Source of the DNA: Felis catus
Lineage: Eukaryota
Direction of reading: 5' to 3'
DNA length: 64,000 bases
NCBI RefSeq assembly: GCF_018350175.1
Contig: NC_058368.1
Location: 104,224,001-104,288,000 of the forward strand
The notes below the pieces were generated by a model. It saw nothing but the letters and a program-made list of their open reading frames with translations, was not told where the DNA came from and did no database searches. This document shows, piece after piece, positions 55,374-64,000 of this stretch. The first letter of the stretch is position 1, and each line of letters starts with the position of its first letter. Position numbers and translations under genes: made by a program.

Positions 55374-56289
55374 GATAGTGTAGTAGAATTTTTTGTGATT
55401 GTTAAGCAAGCCAGTATTTTTTGTGAATATTGTATAATCTGTAAAATATGAGTTTGTTTTAAATCATGTTTTATGACATGTGTTTCTGCCCAGCTCTGCT
55501 CATTTATGTGGGACAGAACTCCTCACGAACACTGATTCTGTTCTAATGAATTCTCTGCTTTAGAACCTGGCCGTTGTATGAACTAAGCATTTTTGTTTTA
55601 AATTAATGACTGTATGGGATTGCTTTTTAACAACTAATTTTTCCCCTCTCCTGAACAAGACATCAGTGAAAGGATGCCATCTTGTGGTTTGTTAAAAATA
55701 CAGAATTTAGGAAAAAAGTTACTGGGAAAGGACTGCTGCGATTTTATATATATAGTTGTTCTATGATACCAAACGAGTAAGAGATGAATACTTTGGACAG
55801 GTTTTTTTTTTTTCCATTTTATTTGAGTAGTATAAGATTAATTTAAAAATTCCTGTTAACTAAGGATTCCTCTTCTAGACCATTCTCAAACATCAGTTGT
55901 AGAAACGTTCTTCGACAATAGCAGTTTAATTAAGAATTGTTACGGAGAATTTTGGTCTTGAGGGTTTCCTGGTGCCTAATAATTATTGTTTGGAATGAAA
56001 AAAATACTTTCCTTTAAAATATAATTATTTGACAAAATATATCCAAAGGAGACTTAATTCTATAATATAGAACTTCATTTAACGAAAAGTGATGTAATTT
56101 AGAAGACACAGAAACTTCAAATCTCATTTTGGAGGGTTAATAGTATAAACTGAAATAGTATTTCCTCGAGGTATTAGGGAAGCCGTTATTTCTAAGTTAG
56201 GGAAATCTTAAAATCACCTCTGTAAGAAATGGAAAGTGTTTGCAAGCCTGGGATCAGTTAGTACTTATGTAATATTGAGGGAGTGTCTG

Positions 56290-56605
56290 CATAAAATAAA
56301 ACAGAAACAGACTCAGATATAGGGAACTAATATGGTTACCAGGGGGATGGGGGTTGGGTAAAATAGGTGAGGGGGATTAAGAGGTACAAACTTGAGTTAT
56401 AAGTAAGCCATGGCGATATGTACAGTACAGTATAGGAAATGTGCTCCATAATAATGTAACAACTTTCTATGGTGACAGATGATAACTGCACGTATCATGG
56501 TAATAAGTATTTTGTAAATGAATATAAATGTCAAAATCATTGTGTTGAGCACCAGAAACTAATACATTGTGTATCAACTATACTTAAAATAAAAGTAAAT
56601 TAAAA
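56290..56605 (+). mobile_element. L1 3'UTR fragment
   Basis: aacagaaacagactcagatatag, ggtgagggggattaagaggtacaaac, tgtgtatcaactatacttaaaataaaa. Confidence 0.8.
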
Positions 56606-56726
56606 GATTTCTATATGATGTATTTTCAGGTCATAAAACTGCTTTTTAAAATAACTTCATTTTCATTTATTTAATCTCATTGTATATCTTGATTTATGTG
56701 TCCTGTGGGTCTTGGATTTAATGCTA

Positions 56727-56949
56727 ATTTTATTTTATTTATTTATTTTAGCGTTTTATTCATTTTTGAGAGACAGAGGCAGAATGCAAGTGGGGGAGGG
56801 GCAGAGAGAGGGAGACGCAAAATCCAAAGCAGGCTCCAGGCTCTGAGCTGTCAGCACAGAGCCCAGTGCGGGGCTCAAACCCACGGACTCTGAGATTATG
56901 ACCTGAGCCGTAGTCGGCCGCTTAACCGACTGAACCATCCAGGCGCCCC
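56727..56949 (-). mobile_element. Can-SINE
   Basis: T-rich tail, ccaggcgcccc head. Confidence 0.9.
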
Positions 56950-57002
56950 ATATTAATTGTATTTTAAAATAATACTTTTCTATTTCTTCAAAAACATCTC
57001 TT

Positions 57003-57219
57003 TTTTCAACGTTTTTTATATATTTATTTATTTTTGGGACAGAGAGAGACAGAGCATGAACGGGGGAGGGGCAGAGAGAGAGGGAGACACAGAATCGGAA
57101 GCAGGCTCCAGGCTCCGAGCATCAGCCCAGAGCCTGATGCGGGGCTCGAACTCACGGACCGTGAAATCGTGACCTGGCTGAAGTCGGACGCTTAACCGAC
57201 TGCGCCACCCAGGCGCCCC
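57003..57219 (-). mobile_element. Young SINEC_Fc ~340 bp upstream of exon 2
   Basis: Perfect 18-bp TSD tcttcaaaaacatctctt. Confidence 0.95.
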
Positions 57220-57556
57220 TCTTCAAAAACATCTCTTATTGAAATATGTAGTGTCTCCTTATAGAACAAGAAGGGCATACGTTCTTAGTGACAGCCAAGA
57301 TTCTGGAACAATGGCCTTATGGACTTCTTTTTTGACCTAGAATCATTAGTAATCATGGAAGGAAAGGCATTGAAAGAGGATGTTGTTATCCACCAGAGTT
57401 GTAGATGCAGTGCTCCTGAATTGCTCATCTAATTTTAGTAGATTATGGCAGCCTTTATTTAAACTGCATCTTCTTTTGTTTGCCCTTCAGCAAGGAGGGG
57501 GAAGGCTTCAAGTCAGGGGTATAATTTGGTATCTTGTACCTTTAAATGTCTTACAG

Positions 57557-57713
57557 TTATGCTAAGAAGGAATCGGATCTTAATGGAGCCCAGATCAAGC
57601 TTCGAGAATATGAAGCAGCATTGAATTCTAAAGATGCAGCTCTGGCCACTGCACTTGGTGACAAAAAAAGTTTAGAGGCAGATTTGGAGGATCTGAAGGA
57701 TCAGATTGCCCAG
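57557..57713 (+). CDS. LMNB1: Lamin B1 coding exon 2
   Basis: ttacag|T TAT GCT AAG; (N)[52 protein letters not shown]; 157 nt, phase fits exon 1; donor CAG|gtaagg. Confidence 0.98.
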
Positions 57714-58339
57714 GTAAGGCAAACTCTGCCTTTGAACCATATTGGGAGTTTAGTTGCCCCATCCAACTCGGTTGATTGATTGAGTTTTGAATTAAATTTG
57801 AAAATATTTTTTGTTTTTAAAATTTATCATGATTTTTTTTGGGGCTTACCTGAAAGATAGTGTTAACGCAGCTGACATACAAAGTATCTTCGCTTCTCAG
57901 TCATTGCACTTGTGGGTCATGCAGATCTTACTGGTGCTCTTCTTCGTTTTTGTTGTGCTTATGCTTATCTTTGCTCTCAAAACCTCTTTGGTTATTGCAC
58001 CAAACTGTAAGATCAGAAAAGAAAAACTCATACCACTGCTCCACACGCAGGAAACAAATGAAAGTAGTGGCAAAAATCATCAGTATGTGTCTATTACTCG
58101 TTGGCAGTTACCAGATCTGAGAGGTTTTGGTGTGACGTTCTGGGTGGGACCAGCAGTTGACTACACAGTTCTGTGATAAAGGTTGTAATAAGAGACTCTC
58201 GTATATTGGTAAAAGAGAAGATAAAGATGAGAGATACGGAAGTTTTAAGACTTGATTAGATTCAGTCCATAGGTGTCTATTAAATTCATTACTAAATAAT
58301 CGCTGTGTGATTTTCATCAATTTTTTTCCCTTGTATTAG

Positions 58340-58474
<135 letters not shown>

Positions 58475-58701
58475 TAGTTTTATTTTTGTAAGAAACGGGG
58501 GGATCCTAAAAGATTTGTTCTAATCATATATATATATATATATATAAAGTTGGAGGGGTTTTATAGATGAATTATCCAAGGCACTGCTGCTGAAATGTTG
58601 TATGTAAGAACTCAAACTCTTAAGATAAACAGATAGGATTTCACTTTATCTGATTCATAGAGGCTTGGTCATAGCAGTTAATATCAACCTGTTTAAGCAT
58701 T

Positions 58702-59148
58702 TGTATTAGTTATCTGTTGCTTCGTTAATAAGTTACTCTAAAATTTACCAACTTTAAACCACAGATCTCTGTTATGTCACAGTTTCTGAAGGTCAGGAAT
58801 CTGAGAGCTGCTTAACTAACTGCCTTGTTATTAGAGTCTCTCATGAGGCTGCCGTCAGGCTTTCATCCTGGACGGAGGAACCGCTTCTGAGCTCATGCAC
58901 AGGTTGCTGGCATGAAGAGTCACTTCATCTTGGGCTTTTCCATGGGGCTCCTCATGATGAGAGAGAAAGAGAGAATGCAAGACAGAAGCCTCATTATCTG
59001 CTATAACCTTTCTAATCCCACAGAGTGATGTACCCTCACTCTCTTACCACACAGACCAACCATGATGCACTGTGGGATTCTACAAGGGTGTGACTGTCAG
59101 GAGGCAGCAATCAAGATTGGGGATCATCTTGAAGGCAGGCTGCCCACA
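58702..59148. mobile_element. MLT1-family MaLR solo LTR in intron 3
   Basis: TG...CA termini: tgtattagttatctgttgc, cacagtttctgaaggtcaggaatctg, gggatcatcttgaaggcaggctgcccaca. Confidence 0.75.
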
Positions 59149-60586
59149 GCATTTACAGTTATATATGTATATTTTAAAATATTGTTTACAAGCCTTGACT
59201 TCTGTGGTCAAGCCTTGGTTGGGGAAGGTAGCAGCTGTTGCCAAAAAACAAGTAATAAAATTGAAGAGAACGGGGAATGTACGTATATTTCCTCAAAATT
59301 GAAGAGGATTGGAATGAACCCAGGGTATATGGAACCTGCAATTAAATACTTCATGATTTTAGAGGTAATATAATTTTTGAAAACTGTTAACAGTGATGTA
59401 AAAAATGGGGAATTAGTGTGGAACTTAAAATTTTTTGTTAATTGGCGAAAAAAATAATAAAATAGAAATTTGACTATTTTTGTAACTACATGCTATTAAA
59501 ACATACAGGTATGGGGGGCACAGTGCACTTACTGGGCTAACAGACTTTGGACAACTCTTGAGTCATTTATTTAAAAGTGAAATACCAATACTTGCTATTT
59601 TTTTCTTAGAAGAGTGGTGACCATCAAAGTGGAATATTTTGTGTAGTTCCTTGTAAAGATTATAGTGAATGCTGTCATTTAATTGTTAACTACAGCTTTG
59701 CTTTATAAATGGAGATATTTTTATATTAAGTTGGCTTACATTATTGTTTTGTTTTGATAAAATTGCCGATGGTGTATCATTACTTAGTTTTTATGCTGTG
59801 TGTGGACTCCTGCATCTTTAAACCAAGAATAGGGTATTTTTTTTTCCTTTGCAAGTCACGGATTCTACATAAAATAATAAATGAAAAATGGCACCAACAA
59901 AAAGTAGTATTTTGGGGGTTGCATAGCATCTTTGAATATTTTGGGTTTTGCCTTTTATGAGAGAATGAATGTAAAATATTCATGTTTTTAACAGAGGATA
60001 TAATACTTTTCAATAAATATACTTAAGTTCCTTACTATGAACAGTTAAGGATTAGGAGGTGAGAAAGAGGAAGATGAAAAACAGGAAGAGGAGGAAAGGA
60101 GGTAGACAAAGGGCAAAATCAGTAGGTGTTTAGTATTTGTTGAACTAAAAACCTTTCATTTGCGTGTTTTCATGATTTAAGTGTCATTTGCTTCATCAAG
60201 TTTATGTCAGCCCTGGGAGACAGAACTGGAATTTGAACCCTGGTTTTCAGATTCTGTCAAGCGCATTTTCCTCTGCAATGAACATTTAAAAGGAAGATGA
60301 GGAAATGCATAGGGAACCACGTGCAGGAAGAGGACACAAAAACAAATGTCGGTGGGTTATATCCCCCTCTTGTGGCCTCTTGAATTATTGCCATTAAAGA
60401 CAGCTCTTTTGTATTTCCAGCGCTAGAAGCTGGAATGGAGGTTTTATTCTGGGACTTGTCTTTCTAGGCATCCTAGTTTTGGATACTTCTTTATAACATA
60501 AAGTGAAGGATTATGCCTACTATTTCTGATCTTAAATAGTGAATGATCATATGTACTTGAGAGAGTAAAGTAATATTGTTAATGTG

Positions 60587-60800
60587 TTTTTTTTTTTTTT
60601 TTTTAACATTTATTTCTTTTTGGTAGAGAGAGAGAGAGAGCGAGCAAGCATGTGAGCAGGGAGGGGAGAGAGAGAGAGTGTGAGAATCCCAAGCAGGCCC
60701 TGCACTGTGAGCACAGAGCCTCATGTGGGTCTGGAACTCACAAACCATGAGATTGTGACCTGAGTTGGACGCTTAACTGACCGAGCCACCAAGGTGCCCC
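60587..60800 (-). mobile_element. Can-SINE in intron 3
   Basis: polyT, (AG)n, aggtgcccc; flanked by attgtta repeats. Confidence 0.88.
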
Positions 60801-61340
60801 ATTGTTAGTACAGTTTCATATCAGTTGATATTCATGCCTTAGCACCAGCTGTTAAAATAAGTCACATAAATTAGCTTGCATCTTAGTATGTTTAAGTAGA
60901 TAGTTTTATTATACGTAAATCTTGTAGTTAAAGTTGCCCCGGTTGGCAAGTTTAACTTTTCACGTGGATTTTTTCTAGAGATGTCCTGAGGATCATCATT
61001 ACACCAGTGTAGAAAAACAGATGGTAATCAGTGCACGTAGTTAATCCATGGTTGCATGGTACTTTTGTAAGTCTTCACGCCGTTTCTGGTCTTGAGAGAA
61101 GTATATAGCTGTGCCACTGAAAAGAAACACAAAATTCTTAGGGCTCTCGTTTCTGTCATTAGTTCCATCTCACAAATCTCCTTTGCAAGCAAAGGCAAAA
61201 GCGAGGTCTTTTCACCTGCCCGCTGTAGGAGAGACAAAGGGAGGTTAGCGTGTAACACTTCAAGTGGCCCCGATGTTGCTTGGACTGGTACTAGTGCAGC
61301 CGCGGTAGGTAACTTGGTTTCGTGTAATTTTTTCCCCCAG

Positions 61341-61511
61341 GAGATTAACGAGACCAGGAGGAAGCATGAAACTCGCTTGGTGGAGGTGGATTCTGGACGT
61401 CAGATTGAGTATGAGTACAAGCTGGCTCAGGCCCTTCACGAGATGCGAGAGCAACACGATGCCCAAGTGAAGCTGTACAAGGAGGAGCTGGAGCAGACTT
61501 ACCATGCCAAA
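61341..61511 (+). CDS. LMNB1: Lamin B1 coding exon 4
   Basis: tttttcccccag|[63 protein letters not shown]; 171 nt; donor AAA|gtgagc. Confidence 0.98.
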
Positions 61512-61660
61512 GTGAGCGGTCTCCTGTGAGCACGGGCTTGAGTCCTGAGAACCCTTGCATCAGGCACCCTGAAGAACATGACTTGACGGTTGCCTTGTTC
61601 TAGTTTTCCTAAATGAGTTCCCCTAGTCTCTATGAAAATAGAAAATGGACTTAAAAAAAG

Positions 61661-61866
61661 TTTTTTTTTAACGTTTATTCATTTTTGAGAGACACAGACA
61701 GTGTGTGAGCGGGGAAGGGCCAGAGAGAGGGAGGCACAGATCCGAAGCAGGCTCTGGGCTCTGAGCTGTCAGCCTAGAGCCCGATGCAGGGCTTGAACTC
61801 ATGGACCACGAGATCATGACCTGAGCCAAAGTCGGCCACTTAACCGACTGAGCCACTGAGGCGCCT
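61661..61866 (-). mobile_element. Can-SINE in intron 4
   Basis: Flanked by gaaaatgga repeats. Confidence 0.9.
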
Positions 61867-62350
61867 CGAAAATGGAGTTTTTAAAAAAGTTTTCTATAAC
61901 GTAAATGATACTAGAAATTATTGAAAGAAAGTAGGGTTATTTCACCCATATCAGGGGTAAGGGTTTCTTAATAGAGGTAAGTTGTGTCTTAATAGTTAAA
62001 CCCAAGCCTTCTGAAAATACTTCCCTCCCCGTGGCCAGTACTAATCATGCTGTCCTACATGTGCATTTAACAGCGAATGAATGTCAGACGGCACCTCGTT
62101 CTGACTTGCATGGCATCGTTGTGCATTGGTTGCGACCACCACAACTCAAGCTTTTTTGAACAGAGGCTAAATGGAAAGTGTGGTATTTCTTCCTCTGCCG
62201 CCATTATTCATCTAAAAATACTATAGAAACTTTCCACTTGTGTTAGCAGATCATGCAGAAATCTTTAACACCAATGAGTGTAGGCTTTCCTCATAAATGA
62301 TTTTATCCCAGTGTGTGAAATGTAAATGATTTGATTAAAAAGGGTTAGTG

Positions 62351-62565
62351 GGGGGCGCCTGGTTGGCGCAGTCGGTTAAGCGTCCGACTTCAGCCAGGTC
62401 ACGATCTCGCAGTCCGTGAGTTCGAGCCCCGCGTCAGGCTCTGGGTTGATGGCTCGGAGCCTGGAGCCTGTTTCCGCTTCTGTGTCTCCCTCTCTCTCTG
62501 CCCCTCCCCCGTTCATGCTCTGTCTCTCTCTGTCCCAAAAATAAATAAAAAACATTGAAAAAAAA

Positions 62566-62612
<47 letters not shown>
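62351..62612 (+). mobile_element. Very young SINEC_Fc with a pure A42 tail
   Basis: TSD gggttagtgg; CpGs largely intact. Confidence 0.95.
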
Positions 62613-62615
<3 letters not shown>

Positions 62616-63041
62616 GTTAGTGGAAGACTTAGAAAAATTAAGGTCATCGTAATGTTGAATATAATTTCTGTTGAATGGCCTCAAACTGTTGATGTTGCTT
62701 TGAATTCATTTCTGAAGTAGTCCTTGGCTAGTGAAAGGGAGGGATCTTTGAAACCTTACATTGAATTGTCTGATACTCCATACTAGGCATTGTGCTGGGC
62801 AGTGAAGGAGCCAAAGTATAACGTAGGTTTCGTCCGTCACATAGACTGTGTCCCCAGAGGGAGCCAACAGACTGACAACGTCCAGAAAAATGTGTCTGAG
62901 GCACACGCAGAGCTGAATGTTATGGGCATTTGGAGAAATAGGATGTTTCTGTCTAAGGGGCTATATTTTGCTTCTGAAAGGAAGTGTTCTACTTGGTGGG
63001 AAATAATCTATGAGTTAGTACTCTCTGCTTTTGGCTTTATC

Positions 63042-63213
63042 TTTTTTTTTTTTTTTTTTTTTAAGTTTATTTATTTTGAGAGAATCCCAAGCAGGCTCCA
63101 CACTGTCAGCTTGGAGCCACTTGTGGGGCTGGAACTCACGAACGGTGAGATCATGACCTGAGCCGAGAGATCAAGAGTCGGACAGTTAACCGACTGGGCC
63201 TCCCAGGCGCCCC
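63042..63213 (-). mobile_element. Can-SINE
   Basis: TSD tggctttatctt. Confidence 0.88.
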
Positions 63214-63379
63214 TGGCTTTATCTTCTCTAATTAGATTTGGTGGGTTAGAGATATGTGATGTTTATTTTTCTACAGACATCACCCACAATTAAGTTGCTA
63301 GTACCCAGTCTCCTCATTAGCAGTATTACCTAACACATTAGAAATACTCAGGTAAAATATGTAAGTAATAAACTTTGGG

Positions 63380-63560
63380 GAGAGAACCTCATGTATTACC
63401 ATTATTAAGCTCATATGTTGGGAATTGAACCTAAAGTCAGAAAGACGTGTAAGATAATTCATACCATGTCAGCAGACTTCATGATGCTTTTCCTGTTTCA
63501 TCAGCCAGTTACTAGTAGGGCTTAGGTTTGAACCGAAATGCCTTGAGATGAATCATACTT
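63380..63560 (-). mobile_element. MIR-like SINE, degenerate
   Basis: tattaccatt...gaattgaacctaaag...ggtttgaacc. Confidence 0.4.
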
Positions 63561-63618
63561 CCTCATTGTTTGCTCTAAGTCACTAGATAAGGCTGACTCT
63601 TGTTTGTTCTTCTTTTAG

Positions 63619-63774
<156 letters not shown>

Positions 63775-64000
63775 TAAGCTGCTCTTGAAGGCCACCTTGA
63801 CCACTGTCGTCCACCTGCTTGGCTCAGCCTGATGTCATTGTGCAGAGAGCATCGTAGTTTTCTACACTCTTGTGTCACAGGGCTTTCCTGGTTTGTTCAT
63901 TTTGCACTACATAAATGTCCCCTGGGTAGGACTGTTACTCCTAAATTAATAGATTACCCAGAACTAAAGAGGTTTCCCTTAGGAAGTGACATGCTGATTT

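Noticed and set aside
57811..58176. 121-aa ORF with a hydrophobic stretch in intron 2
   Set aside because: TTG start, T-rich intron composition explains the hydrophobicity, no recognisable homology
61092..61340. Open frame and splice-like signals upstream of exon 4
   Set aside because: The donor-like site at ~61309 would leave a ~32-nt intron, and the ctgtag acceptor at 61228 is out of frame; the true acceptor at 61340 is canonical

Overview
Felid (cat-like) genomic DNA, judged from about 50 SINEC_Fc-type Can-SINEs and L1_Fc/L1_Carn-type LINE fragments. The only gene I can support is the 5' part of LMNB1 (lamin B1) on the + strand. It has a CpG-island promoter (~29.4-31.7 kb) and coding exons 1-5 at 30468-30826, 57557-57713, 58340-58465, 61341-61511 and 63619-63744, giving 939 nt / 313 aa with all GT-AG junctions; the gene runs off the right edge. 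The first 29 kb is repeat-rich intergenic DNA, and most ORF-track entries are repeat or GC artefacts. I found no convincing novel multi-gene system. The best leads are: a probable 3'UTR-type retrocopy in intron 1 whose tail has become (AC)n; a cryptic acceptor 66 nt upstream of exon 2 that would add an in-frame stop; near-identical young inverted SINEs around exons 2-4; three structurally unusual L1 features; and a motif-dense promoter (CHR, E2F, CCAAT, E-box, D-box). Repeat family names come from my recognition of consensus sequences, not from a database search, and repeat boundaries are approximate.
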